From positions 383,133-447,132 of the forward strand of contig CBDFJM010000007.1 in NCBI GenBank assembly GCA_965248595.1: a stretch of DNA of 64,000 nt, read 5' to 3'. This DNA is from Dehalococcoidia bacterium (GTDB lineage Bacteria > Chloroflexota > Dehalococcoidia > Lucifugimonadales > SHYF01). Each line of letters begins with the position of its first letter. Within the stretch, counting starts at the first letter, position 1. The position numbers and the translations under genes are program-made. The notes below the pieces were generated by a model. The model had not been told where the DNA came from. It saw only the letters and a program-made list of their open reading frames with translations, and ran no database searches. Below, one piece after another: positions 17,754-26,668 of this stretch.

Positions 17754-17785
17754 GATATGTCCCCCGCTGTCAGGGTGCTGAAGAA

Positions 17786-17905
17786 CTCTTTCGACCATCC
17801 CCCTGACCCCCTTCCTGGCCAGGAAGGGGGTGACCCCCACCCCTTCGGCTTCGCTCAGGGCAGGCTCCGGGGCTTCGCCCCTCTGGACTCTCCTTTTTCA
17901 GCAGC
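17786..17905. repeat. Intergenic repeat, family B copy (core + palindrome) between scoA remnant and scoB
   Basis: Core cccttcggcttcgctcagggcaggct (17841-17866) plus a 24-bp perfect palindrome cccccttcctggccaggaaggggg (17807-17830). The core recurs at 20303-20327 (reverse-complemented), 23457-23477 (reverse-complemented, diverged) and 31150-31175. Confidence 0.55.
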
Positions 17906-17908
17906 CCC

Positions 17909-18002
17909 CTAGTCCCAAATGCCGTCGGGCGGTATCCGCACAATCCTATTAACGTAGATGCCGGGTGTATGCACCTGGTCCGGGTCTATTGCCCCTGGCT
18001 CA
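17909..18002 (-). pseudogene. scoA: 3' remnant (last ~31 codons) of 3-oxoacid CoA-transferase subunit A, truncated at an IS end
   Basis: The reverse strand reads ..EPGAIDPDQVHTPGIYVNRIVRIPPDGIWD*, the characteristic C-terminus of subunit A. The frame is cut exactly where the IS256-family left end begins (18003). Confidence 0.7.
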
Positions 18003-18814
18003 AGTAGAGTCCCAGGAAGTGGTGTAACAAGAGTAGAGGGTCTGGATGAAGAGAGACCACCACGTCATCCTTAGCGGGCAAAGACGAGCCTGAGAAAGGA
18101 GGACAACGGTGGTCAAGGAAAGGATGGACCTGCTTGAGCTAATGCGCAAGAGGGGAGTCGACGGTGACGTGGACTTTCTACGAGAGGCACTGAGAGTGCT
18201 GGTCGAGGAGATCATGGAGGCTGATGTGTCATCGAGGACCGGCGCTGGGTATGGAGAACGCAACCCTGAGCGGGTGACCCAGCGCAACGGGTACCGGTCT
18301 CGAGCATGGGACACTCGCGTAGGGACCATGGAGTTGCAGATACCCAAGCTGAGGGAGGGGAGCTACTTTCCGAGCCTGCTGGAGCCACGGCGTCGCAGCG
18401 AGCGAGCTCTGCTGGCGGTGATCCAGCAGGCGTATGTGGAGGGTGTATCGACGAGGCGAGTGGATGATCTGGTCAAGGCTCTTTGGTGCGAGGGTATCTC
18501 AAAGAGCCAAGTGTCGCGTATCTGCCAGGAGCTGGACGGGGTGGTGGAGAGCTTCCTGGGTCGGCCGCTGGACGGCGGATCATATCCCTACCTGTGGCTG
18601 GACGCACTAACCCAGAAGGTCAGAGAGGCCGGTAGGATAGTCAACGTCAGCGTGGTGGTGGCGACGGCGGTCAATAGCGAGGGCAAGCGTGAGATCGTTG
18701 GGATGGACGTGGGTACCAGTGAAGACGGCGCCTTCTGGTTAGCCTTCCTGCGCTCACTGTCGGCCAGGGGCCTCGGCGGGGTGGAACTGGTGGTATCGGA
18801 CGCTCATCAGGGAC
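18003..18814 (+). mobile_element. 5' fragment (812 bp) of the IS256-family element found intact at 54647-56014
   Basis: By eye the sequence is identical to 54647-55458, covering the left end plus the first 235 codons of the transposase. Identity stops at 18814, after ..catcagggac. Confidence 0.85.
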
Positions 18815-18822
18815 AGCTATGA
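18109..18822 (+). pseudogene. Truncated IS256-family (Mutator-type) transposase
   Basis: The 237-aa ORF is identical to residues 1-235 of the 403-aa transposase at 54753-55964, then diverges (..SDAHQG-QL*). It lacks the C-terminal part of the catalytic region. Confidence 0.85.
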
Positions 18823-18995
18823 TTTCCATAATGCCTCCCCTTCGATTCTGTGCGGCCATTCTACCTAGCTGCTAGAATTTTGCAAGGCGCTCAACCTGTG
18901 GCCAGGCCCATGTTGGAGGCAGGCCCGCCAGAACGGTTGACACCAGAAGGCGATGCTTTTACGATGCGCCTAACAGACTTAGGGGATGGAACGAC

Positions 18996-20168
18996 ATGGC
19001 ATTCGCATTGGAGGGAGTCAAGATAATCGAGATGGGGACCTTTGGCCCGGCCAACATGACGGGGCAAAACCTGGGAGACCTGGGGGCCAATGTAATCGTA
19101 GTGGAGCCTGTCAGCAACAGGGCGCTGGGCCCTGAGTGGAGCAAGAGCGACAGGTTCCGGCCCGAAAACAACCGTAACAAGCGCATGATTGCGCTTGACC
19201 TCAAGCAGGAGGAGGCTCGCACAATCCTCCACCAAATGGTGAAGAACGCCGACGTGCTCATAGAGGCCAACCGCCCCGGCGTCGCCAAGCGCCTGGGCTT
19301 CGACTACGAGACCCTCTCTGCCTCTGCCATAAACCCTCGCATCATTGTCGCCTCGTTGACGGGGTACGGACAGAAAGGGCCGTACGCGCAGATACCTGGG
19401 CATGGACTTGTTTGGGAAGCCACGGGAGGGTGGCTGCTGACTCAAGGAATGGGCCTGGGAAATACGGGAGGGGATTACACAGGCAAGCCCTGGATCAACT
19501 ACTTCAATATGCCGGACATCAAAGGAGCAACCAACTTCACCATAGCCATACTGGCTGCCCTCTACGTGCAGCAAAAGACGGGCACCGGCCAGTACATAGA
19601 CATGGCCCTCTTTGATGGTGTCATTGCCGTGCGCAGGCCGGGAGAACCAGTACGAAGCGATGGAGCTTTTGCGCGCGGCACCCCGGGATGGAACTTCTAC
19701 GAGTGCAAAGACGGAAAGTATATCGCCACGTGCGCTGGAGAAGTGATCCAGTGGGCCAACCTTTGCGAGGGCCTGGGGGTACCGGAACTGGCCAAGGAGA
19801 ACCGCTCCACAGGCCAGAGAGCCAAGGAGATCACCGAGACCTTTCAACGCGTCTTCAAGACGAGGACCCGCGACGAGTGGTTCAAGCACCTGACTCAATG
19901 GGACACCGAGGTAGCCAATGTTAACTCCCTGGACGAGGCCAGGGATGACCCCCAGGCACAGCTGAGGGAGCTACACGCGGAGGTTGTTGGAAAGGACGGG
20001 TATCGGGAAATCCAGTATGGAGCGCCATACAAGCTGAGTAAGACGCCGGCCCGGAGCACCCACACCCGCGCCCCAAAGTTGGGAGAGGACACCGCCCAGA
20101 TCCTGGAGGAGCTAAACTTCAACCAAGCGGACATTGCACGGCTAAAGAAGGCAAAAACTGTAATCTAG
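18996..20168 (+). CDS. CaiB/BaiF-family (class III) CoA-transferase
   Basis: 390-aa ORF. The N-terminus ..ALEGVKIIEMGTFGPANMTGQNLGDLGANVIVVEP.. is typical of family III CoA-transferases. Confidence 0.85.
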   Translation: MAFALEGVKIIEMGTFGPANMTGQNLGDLGANVIVVEPVSNRALGPEWSKSDRFRPENNRNKRMIALDLKQEEARTILHQMVKNADVLIEANRPGVAKRLGFDYETLSASAINPRIIVASLTGYGQKGPYAQIPGHGLVWEATGGWLLTQGMGLGNTGGDYTGKPWINYFNMPDIKGATNFTIAILAALYVQQKTGTGQYIDMALFDGVIAVRRPGEPVRSDGAFARGTPGWNFYECKDGKYIATCAGEVIQWANLCEGLGVPELAKENRSTGQRAKEITETFQRVFKTRTRDEWFKHLTQWDTEVANVNSLDEARDDPQAQLRELHAEVVGKDGYREIQYGAPYKLSKTPARSTHTRAPKLGEDTAQILEELNFNQADIARLKKAKTVI

Positions 20169-20284
20169 GTGTCAGTATATCGTCCAGACCACCGACTTAA
20201 GTTGGGAGTTTGGACATCATCCTTTGCATCCGCTGACGGACGCGATTTGGATGGGAGGGCGGTATCAAATCACATCCATGGTGA

Positions 20285-20390
20285 CCCGCTTGTGGTGAGT
20301 AAGCCTGCCCTAAGCGAAGCCGAAGGGTCGAATCACACGAGCGGAGTGCCAACCCTGATTGCGAGGGCGAATACGCCCTCGCAATCACAG
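20285..20390. repeat. Intergenic repeat, family B copy (inverted orientation) with adjacent 13-bp hairpin
   Basis: gcctgccctaagcgaagccgaaggg (20303-20327) is the reverse complement of the 17841-17866 core with 1 mismatch. A perfect hairpin follows: gattgcgagggcg, loop aata, cgccctcgcaatc (20357-20386). Confidence 0.55.
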
Positions 20391-20432
20391 CCCCCTCACA
20401 AGCTCTCAGAATGAACGGACCCAGGGGATCGC

Positions 20433-21008
20433 ATGCAAGGGACATATAACTACACCATGCGCATAGGCATACTATCCGACACTCATCTGCCCGAGACCAT
20501 CCGGCACCTGGACCACCTTGGGCCGGAACCTGCCAGTTTCTTCTCCACAGTAGACCTGATCCTCCACAGCGGCGACCTCACATCGCCTCTGGTCCTTGAT
20601 TGGCTGGAACAGTTCGCGCCCGTGCTTTGCTCCACCGGGAACAATGACCCCATCCCCGACCATCGTTGCCAGGAGGTGCAAACGGTGGACGCTGATGGTT
20701 GGCGCATAGGCATGGTCCACAGCCTGGGCCCTCCCAGCAGGGCTGTGGCGGAGCTTCAGAAGACCTTCCCTTCACCAGTGGACATCATGATTTCGGGCCA
20801 CACTCACCATGAGATGCTGGAGTATAGGGACGGCGTGTTGCTAATGAACAGCGGCAGCATCACATTCCCACATAACAAGAACCTGAGGCTCGGCACCATC
20901 GGACTCCTGGAGCTGACTTCTAAACGAGTCCACGCCGAGGTCGTTGCCCTTGGCAACACTCCGGGGAGACCCAATCCTGGCAAGGGAATAGCCTTGGATA
21001 TAAAGTAA
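20433..21008 (+). CDS. Metallophosphoesterase (YfcE/MJ0936-like)
   Basis: ..MRIGILSDTHLPE.., ..HSGDL.. and ..ISGHTH.. motifs are present. The alternative start is the ATG at 20457. Confidence 0.75.
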   Translation: MQGTYNYTMRIGILSDTHLPETIRHLDHLGPEPASFFSTVDLILHSGDLTSPLVLDWLEQFAPVLCSTGNNDPIPDHRCQEVQTVDADGWRIGMVHSLGPPSRAVAELQKTFPSPVDIMISGHTHHEMLEYRDGVLLMNSGSITFPHNKNLRLGTIGLLELTSKRVHAEVVALGNTPGRPNPGKGIALDIK

Positions 21009-21089
21009 GGATGTCGCAACTCCATTTGTATCGAACTATAGAATGGGATGAGCGAGGCCAAACATTAGTGATAAGGAGAGGAAGAACCA

Positions 21090-22190
21090 ATGGCAACCAG
21101 CAAGCTGCGAGTCGGAATTATTGGGGCCAATGTTAACTATGGGTGGGGGTCACGTGCCCACCTACCCGCTCTACAAGCGATGCCGGATTTCGAGGTGGCG
21201 GCCGTCTGCACAGCCCACGAGGAGACGGCCAAGGCAACGGCGGAGAAGTTCGGCGCCCGCATGGCCTTCCACGACCACCAGGAGATGCTACGCCAGCCGG
21301 ACATAGATGCGGTGGCAGTGGTAGTGCGGGTCCCAATGCATCACCAGCTCACAATGGCCGCTTTGAACGCAGGAAAACATGTTTTCACGGAGTGGCCGTT
21401 GGGTGCGAACCTCAAGGAGGCCCAGGAGATGGCAGGCCTGGCCAAGGCAAAAGGCGTCCACACCATTGCGGGCCTTCAGGCCAGGGGAGCACCGGTCTAT
21501 TTGCGTCTGAAAGAGATGGTGGAGGAGGGGTATGCAGGCGACGTGCTTTCCTGCCACCTGCGCCAGTTCGGTGCCGGTGGCCTGACGCGCACGTCAGACA
21601 GGACGTGGCAGAGGGACGTAAGGCTGGGGGCCAACACGCTTACCATTGCCTTTGGCCACGCCATAGACGCCATGTGCTTCTGCCTAGGTGAGTTCCAGGA
21701 GGTTTCGGCTGTTGTAAGCACGCAGGTCCCACAGTGGCACGAGACGGACACCAACCGGATGGTAGATGTGACGTCGCCGGATAACATCCTGGTCAGCGGA
21801 AGGCTGTCCAGCGGGGCCGTGGTCTCGGCTCACGTGGGCAGCGTGCCGGCCCTCGGCAGCGGCATGCGGCTGGAGGTGTATGGCCGGGAAGGGACTCTAG
21901 TGGTGACCAGTGAAGGTGCGGCCCAGACCGGTGAACTTAGGTTGCTGGGAGGAAAGAGTGGCGATAAGGAGCTACAGGAGCTGGCCATCCCGGAGCGGCT
22001 GCGATGGGTGCCCCAGGGCGTGCCGCAAGGTGCTCCGTACAACGTGGGGCAGCTGTGGAGCCGCTTCGGCGAGGCAATACGAACGGACAAAAGGGCCGAA
22101 CCCGACTTCGAAACGGCGGTGACTCGCCACAGTCTGCTGGAAGCTATACAGAAGGCTTCAGACACAGGACAGCGGCAGCAGGTCATATAA
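21090..22190 (+). CDS. Gfo/Idh/MocA-family oxidoreductase
   Basis: 366-aa ORF with a Rossmann N-terminus (LRVGIIGANVNYGWG..) and a good SD (aggagaggaag). It ends 28 nt upstream of the next CoA-transferase gene. Confidence 0.85.
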   Translation: MATSKLRVGIIGANVNYGWGSRAHLPALQAMPDFEVAAVCTAHEETAKATAEKFGARMAFHDHQEMLRQPDIDAVAVVVRVPMHHQLTMAALNAGKHVFTEWPLGANLKEAQEMAGLAKAKGVHTIAGLQARGAPVYLRLKEMVEEGYAGDVLSCHLRQFGAGGLTRTSDRTWQRDVRLGANTLTIAFGHAIDAMCFCLGEFQEVSAVVSTQVPQWHETDTNRMVDVTSPDNILVSGRLSSGAVVSAHVGSVPALGSGMRLEVYGREGTLVVTSEGAAQTGELRLLGGKSGDKELQELAIPERLRWVPQGVPQGAPYNVGQLWSRFGEAIRTDKRAEPDFETAVTRHSLLEAIQKASDTGQRQQVI

Positions 22191-22218
22191 GGGGAAGGAG
22201 CATAAGGAGAAGCGTGGG

Positions 22219-23421
22219 ATGGCAATGCCTCTTTCCGGCGTGCGCGTCCTGGACCTGACCCAGGTGCTGGCTGGGCCCTTCGGCTCGCGCACCCTGGCAG
22301 ACCTGGGTGCGGAGGTGATCAAGGTGGAGACCCCTGGGATTGGAGATAGCACCCGACGCTCTCTGGCCTATACCCTCAATGGGGAGAGCTTTTACTTCCT
22401 GGGGATGAACCGCAACAAGAAGGGCATCACCTTGAACTTAAAATCGCCCAAGGGCCAGCATATCTTCCACGAGCTAGCCCGCAAAAGCGACGTGGTATTC
22501 AGCAACTTCCGCCCGGGCGTTCTGGCGGACTTAGCCGTAGACTACCAGACCCTGCGCAAGGTCAACCCTCGCATCATCTCCTGCGCCATCTCCGGCTTCG
22601 GCTCCACCGGGCCGGAGGCGGACCGCCCCGCCTTCGACCCAATCCTCCAGGCCATGGGGGGAGTAATGAGCATGACCGGCGAGCCGGGAGGCAGACCTAT
22701 GATGGTGGGGTTCCCAATCGCAGACCTTGTAGGGGGCCACGTGGCCATCCAGGGCATCCTGGCAGCCCTTTACGCACGAGACCACACAGGAGAGGGCCAG
22801 GAGATAGACATCAGCCTGTTTGACGTGCAGCTCCAACTCCAGGGACACATCGGCCAGGCCTACCTGGCCTCGGGAGAGGTGCTGGAACCCCTGGGGTCAT
22901 ACCTGCACCTCAATGTCCCAGCAGGTAGCTTCAAGACCGGCTCTGGGTACATCGTTATCAGTTGTAGCACTCAGAAGTTCTACGAAAACTTGGCGCCGGT
23001 GCTGTCGCAAGTCGAGGGGTTCGGGTTCCTGGCGTCGGACCCTCGTTTCACACTCAACGTGGACCGCGTGAAGCACAAGAAGGAGCTGATGGAGATTCTG
23101 GAGCGCGCGTTCCAGACCAAGACCACGGAGGAGTGGCTAGCCATCCTGGCGGCCGCCGATGTACCCGCAGGACCTGTTCTGACCATGGACCAGGCGTTGA
23201 GCAACCCTCAAGCCCAGCACCGTCACATGGTGGTGGAAGCTGAACACCCGGTGGCCGGCAAGTACAAGATGGCCGGTAACCCGGTGAAAATGTCCCAGAT
23301 TAAGGAGGAGCGGTTCCTGCCCGCGCCCCTGCTGGGACAGCACACGGAAGAGGTGCTCACCAGCCTGCTGGGCTACACCACAGAGCAGGTGCTAACTTTG
23401 CATCGCGATGGTGTGGTGTAA
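22219..23421 (+). CDS. CaiB/BaiF-family (class III) CoA-transferase
   Basis: 400-aa ORF. ..LSGVRVLDLTQVLAGPFGSRTLADLGAEVIKVETP.. is the canonical family III N-terminus. Confidence 0.85.
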   Translation: MAMPLSGVRVLDLTQVLAGPFGSRTLADLGAEVIKVETPGIGDSTRRSLAYTLNGESFYFLGMNRNKKGITLNLKSPKGQHIFHELARKSDVVFSNFRPGVLADLAVDYQTLRKVNPRIISCAISGFGSTGPEADRPAFDPILQAMGGVMSMTGEPGGRPMMVGFPIADLVGGHVAIQGILAALYARDHTGEGQEIDISLFDVQLQLQGHIGQAYLASGEVLEPLGSYLHLNVPAGSFKTGSGYIVISCSTQKFYENLAPVLSQVEGFGFLASDPRFTLNVDRVKHKKELMEILERAFQTKTTEEWLAILAAADVPAGPVLTMDQALSNPQAQHRHMVVEAEHPVAGKYKMAGNPVKMSQIKEERFLPAPLLGQHTEEVLTSLLGYTTEQVLTLHRDGVV

Positions 23422-23444
23422 CGGAGGGCTGAAAGAGGCTTACG

Positions 23445-23515
23445 TGTGTCCCGTTCGCCCTGAGCCTGTCGAAGGGCCGTTCGTGGTTCGACAAGCTCAC
23501 CACGAACGGGTTAGA
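23445..23515. repeat. Intergenic repeat, family B copy (inverted) with 10-bp hairpin
   Basis: gccctgagcctgtcgaagggc (23457-23477) is related to the reverse complement of the family B core. A hairpin follows: ccgttcgtgg (23477-23486) and ccacgaacgg (23500-23509). The region translates to the spurious 'VRPEPVEGPFVVRQAHHERV' peptide. Confidence 0.5.
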
Positions 23516-23568
23516 AATCAACCCTCGGCTGCTCAGTCAGCCAAGGGCATAGGAGGTGCATTACGCTT

Positions 23569-25257
23569 GTGCGGCGCACTCTTTTCCTGCTTCCTGCCAT
23601 TCTCCTTGCAGCCGTTCTCTCCACTTCCAACGGCGCGCCTCCCGGCGGGGTCATAAGATTAGCAACATTTTCGAGCTCCGTGAGTTGTTGGCAGGCGCAG
23701 GTCAGTATTAATGTTCTCATGGCTTGCGCTCCTATGTATAACCAGCTTGTTCACTTCAGTCCTGAAGATCCAGCCGTCATAGTGGGGGACGGGGCAGAGA
23801 GTTGGGAATGGGGGCCTGACCCTGTGGAATGGACGTTTCACCTAAAGGCGGCGGCGCCTGGCGTCTCGGGAATAAAGCTACACAACGGCACGACGCTGAC
23901 TTCCGCCGACGCCAAGTTCAGCTTGGAACGCGCAATGGGGCAGGTCGACGGGATAGCCAATCCATCCCTCGGTCTGCTCCTGAATTCGTATATCCAATTC
24001 GTGGAAGCGCCTAACGCCCTCACTTTGCGGGTGACCACGGAATTCCCTGCCCCCTCCTTACTAGCTAACCTGGCTTCGGTCCACGCGGCCCTCTACCCCG
24101 TGGCCCTGACTGTCGCTCTCCCCGCCCCAAACCCCTGCCAGGTCATAGCCAGCGGCCCCTTCAAGTGCCAGGAGTACACAGCAGGAGTGGTAACCAAGCT
24201 AGAAAGACATGCTGACTACTTTGTGCCGGGCAGGCCATACCTGGACGGCGTGGATGTGTATGTCATCGCCGACGCTAACACCCGGCTGGCAGCGATCAAG
24301 ACGGGGCAAATCGACGTGATCCCCTTGGGGGTTACTCCGTCGGAGGCCATGGGGCTGGAATCCTTTGGCATAACTATGCAGGAGATGACCAGAAACGCCG
24401 CCTTAAATCTGATCTTGAACACCACAGTGCCCCCGTTCAACGACCTCCGCGTAAGGCGAGCGGTAAACCTGGCCCTGGACAGGGACGCTTTCGTAGCGAC
24501 GCAAGCGGGCACCAAGGGCGGGCTGATGATGCCGGGTGGCCACTGGGCCCTCCCCGAAGCAGACCTGCTGGCACGGGAGGGATACGGAGACAAGACCACA
24601 GAACGCGCACAAGCCCAACAACTTTTGGCTGATGCTGGATACCCAGCCGGGTTCCCGAGCACGATTACTACTAGGAGTCCCAGCCCCTACACCGACGCTG
24701 CTGATATCGTACAGCAGCTACTGGCGCTGGTCGATGTGGTTGCGTCCATTGAGATAGTGGATACCGCAACCTACCTTAATAAGTTAACGGGCAAGACATA
24801 CGAGATGGCCATTGACACTGTTGCGCAACCACTGGACGACATAGACCTGATGTTCTTGCGGGAGTATCTTCCTAACGCCCCGGAGAACTACACCGGCCTC
24901 GTGGACGCTCAGATGGACACGCTGTACTCCCTGCAGCAGCAACTCACTGACCCCGTAGCGCGGCTAACCAAAGCGCATGAGCTTATCAACGAGACTATTG
25001 ACCAGCAAGCCTTCCTGAATCTCTACTGGCTCAAGCGGCGCGTGCCGGTGCGGAACGTGGTCGCCGACTTCCAGGCTCACCCTAACTTGGTTCAGAACCT
25101 GCGCTGGCAGGACGTTTGGCTCACCACAGGCTCCCCACCAACGCCCACGCCAACACCCATCCCGTCGTTGAGTCGGTGGGGTATCCTTGCTCTGGCGGGT
25201 CTCCTTGGCACGCTTCTCATATGGCGGCTGAACGATAGGCGAAAGGCATCCGCTTAA
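23569..25257 (+). CDS. Family-5 (peptide/nickel-type) ABC solute-binding protein, orphan, with PT linker and IPTL-CTERM-like C-terminal anchor
   Basis: 562-aa ORF with a GTG start and signal peptide MRRTLFLLPAILLAAVLS. The body is SBP_bac_5-like. The C-terminus reads ..TTGSPPTPTPTPIPSLSRWGILALAGLLGTLLIWRLNDRRKASA. No permease or ATPase gene is adjacent. Confidence 0.8.
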   Translation: MRRTLFLLPAILLAAVLSTSNGAPPGGVIRLATFSSSVSCWQAQVSINVLMACAPMYNQLVHFSPEDPAVIVGDGAESWEWGPDPVEWTFHLKAAAPGVSGIKLHNGTTLTSADAKFSLERAMGQVDGIANPSLGLLLNSYIQFVEAPNALTLRVTTEFPAPSLLANLASVHAALYPVALTVALPAPNPCQVIASGPFKCQEYTAGVVTKLERHADYFVPGRPYLDGVDVYVIADANTRLAAIKTGQIDVIPLGVTPSEAMGLESFGITMQEMTRNAALNLILNTTVPPFNDLRVRRAVNLALDRDAFVATQAGTKGGLMMPGGHWALPEADLLAREGYGDKTTERAQAQQLLADAGYPAGFPSTITTRSPSPYTDAADIVQQLLALVDVVASIEIVDTATYLNKLTGKTYEMAIDTVAQPLDDIDLMFLREYLPNAPENYTGLVDAQMDTLYSLQQQLTDPVARLTKAHELINETIDQQAFLNLYWLKRRVPVRNVVADFQAHPNLVQNLRWQDVWLTTGSPPTPTPTPIPSLSRWGILALAGLLGTLLIWRLNDRRKASA

Positions 25258-25313
25258 CCTTTACCCTTCTATTCGAACAACCACACGAAAGGTCTTGTTG
25301 GAGAAGCGGTAGG

Positions 25314-26330
25314 CTAGAACGACTCCTCCGCTGGATAGCCGGTGAAGCCCATCTCAGCCTGCTCCTCCTCGCTCGCTTCGGGCGCGGCCGTATCCCCCAG
25401 GACCTTGATTGTCCGCTTGTAGGAGGCCGCTGGGTCCTTGCCCGCTGTGACTACCGAAACAATGATCTCCCGTGCACCAAAGGAGAGAAGCTGTTGCAAC
25501 CTCGCCCTGACTCGGACACCGTTCCCAGACAGGACCACAGCGTCGAGCATCTGATTGCTCCATGCCTTCGTCTCGGCCACCTCAGGGAACCCGGCATCCA
25601 CGAACATTTGGGTATAGAACGGGTTGCCGGGATACGTACCCAGCTGCTCTGTGGCAGCCGTTCGTACCTCGGCAATGTTTTCATGCACGCACACCGCGAC
25701 GTGGGCGACTAGAGCTGGAGTCGGGCGGTTCGCCTTATGAGCGCCAGCTTCGATGGCCGGCACAGCCATATCGCGCAGGTACTCGCCTGGGCATACCCAT
25801 GAGATAGCGCCGTCGGCCTCGGCACCACAAAACTCGAAGGAGCCCCGTCGTAGGGCAGAAGCCATCACAGGGACATCTAGGGCCATTCCCGTACGAGCGT
25901 GGGCCTTGTAGTACTTCCCATCGAAGTCCACTTCACCTTTCTGAATGAGCGCCTTCAGGATCCTGATGTACTCGCGCAGATGGCCCAGGGGCGCATTCCA
26001 CTCGACGCCGAAGGTGCTTTCCATCCCCGCCCTATGGCTGGGGCCCACACCTAGGCAGAACCGGTCAGGCGCCAACTCCGCCAGGACGCGCACCTGCTGA
26101 GCCACGGCCACAGGATGACGGGGCCAGCTCGGTGTGATACAGGTGCCCAGGAGGATGCTCTTGGTCTGCACCGCGGCGGCGGCAAATAGGGTAAGGGCAT
26201 CGCGCCCGGCGCCGCCAGTGGTCAACCAGGCAGCGGGGATGCCAGCTTCCTCCGCCTGGACTATCCGCTCCAGCACCTCGGCGGTGGTCTGCCCAGTGAT
26301 TGCCACTCCAATAATGTTTGTTCTGTCCAC
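25314..26330 (-). CDS. Luciferase-like (LLM class, probably F420-dependent) oxidoreductase
   Basis: 338-aa ORF. ..AEEAGIPAAWLTTGGAGRDALTLFAAAAVQTKSILLGTCITPSWPRHPVAVAQQVRVLAELAPDRFCLGVGPSH.. is the typical LLM TIM-barrel pattern. Confidence 0.8.
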   Translation of the reverse strand: MDRTNIIGVAITGQTTAEVLERIVQAEEAGIPAAWLTTGGAGRDALTLFAAAAVQTKSILLGTCITPSWPRHPVAVAQQVRVLAELAPDRFCLGVGPSHRAGMESTFGVEWNAPLGHLREYIRILKALIQKGEVDFDGKYYKAHARTGMALDVPVMASALRRGSFEFCGAEADGAISWVCPGEYLRDMAVPAIEAGAHKANRPTPALVAHVAVCVHENIAEVRTAATEQLGTYPGNPFYTQMFVDAGFPEVAETKAWSNQMLDAVVLSGNGVRVRARLQQLLSFGAREIIVSVVTAGKDPAASYKRTIKVLGDTAAPEASEEEQAEMGFTGYPAEESF

Positions 26331-26471
26331 GACTCATCTCCTCCGTATGAGAATCATATTCCGATAACGGCTGTATCATATAGAGCAGCCCTGCCTTCTG
26401 GCAATATGTTATTCTTCGGCTGAACGAGAATCACCAGAGGTGATGAGCGGAGTAACACCTCCGCTCAATGG

Positions 26472-26656
26472 TTGGACATGCTGGAAGACGAAGTGCGTCA
26501 AGATATAGCGGAAGCCCTGTCCCAGCGGGCCTCGGAACTCTACGGCCGAGAGCGCGCCGACGCCATACTCTCCTCCTGGAGCAGATGGCAGAACACCTCT
26601 GGCTCCTCTCTACCAAGGCACCGTCTCCGGAAGTGGAACCGGTATTCTTTATGTAA
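26472..26656 (+). pseudogene. Possible AtzG/DUF4089-like small subunit gene, split over two frames (-1 shift near 26565-26580)
   Basis: Frame A (from 26472) reads MDMLEDEVRQDIAEALSQRASELYGRERADAIL... Frame B then reads ..LLLEQMAEHLWLLSTKAPSPEVEPVFFM* and stops at 26656, 12 nt before the amidase ATG. 185 nt plus 1 gives 62 codons. Confidence 0.35.
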
Positions 26657-26668
26657 AGAGGCTAGCCC

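Noticed and set aside
18000-18347. ORF 'MGICNSMVPTRV...', also present as the first ~115 residues of the 409-aa ORF 53762-54991
   Set aside because: It is antisense to the IS256 left end and transposase 5' region. The 409-aa ORF is a chimera of this shadow with the real MFS middle fragment, created by read-through across the IS boundary.
20169-20414. 81-aa ORF; the same applies to 23408-23656 (82 aa) and the N-terminal extension of the scoB ORF (17754-17840)
   Set aside because: They are translations of family B intergenic repeats (peptides such as LSEAEGSN, VRPEPVEGPFVVRQAHHERV and PFLARKGV). They show no SD or start context and no coding continuity.
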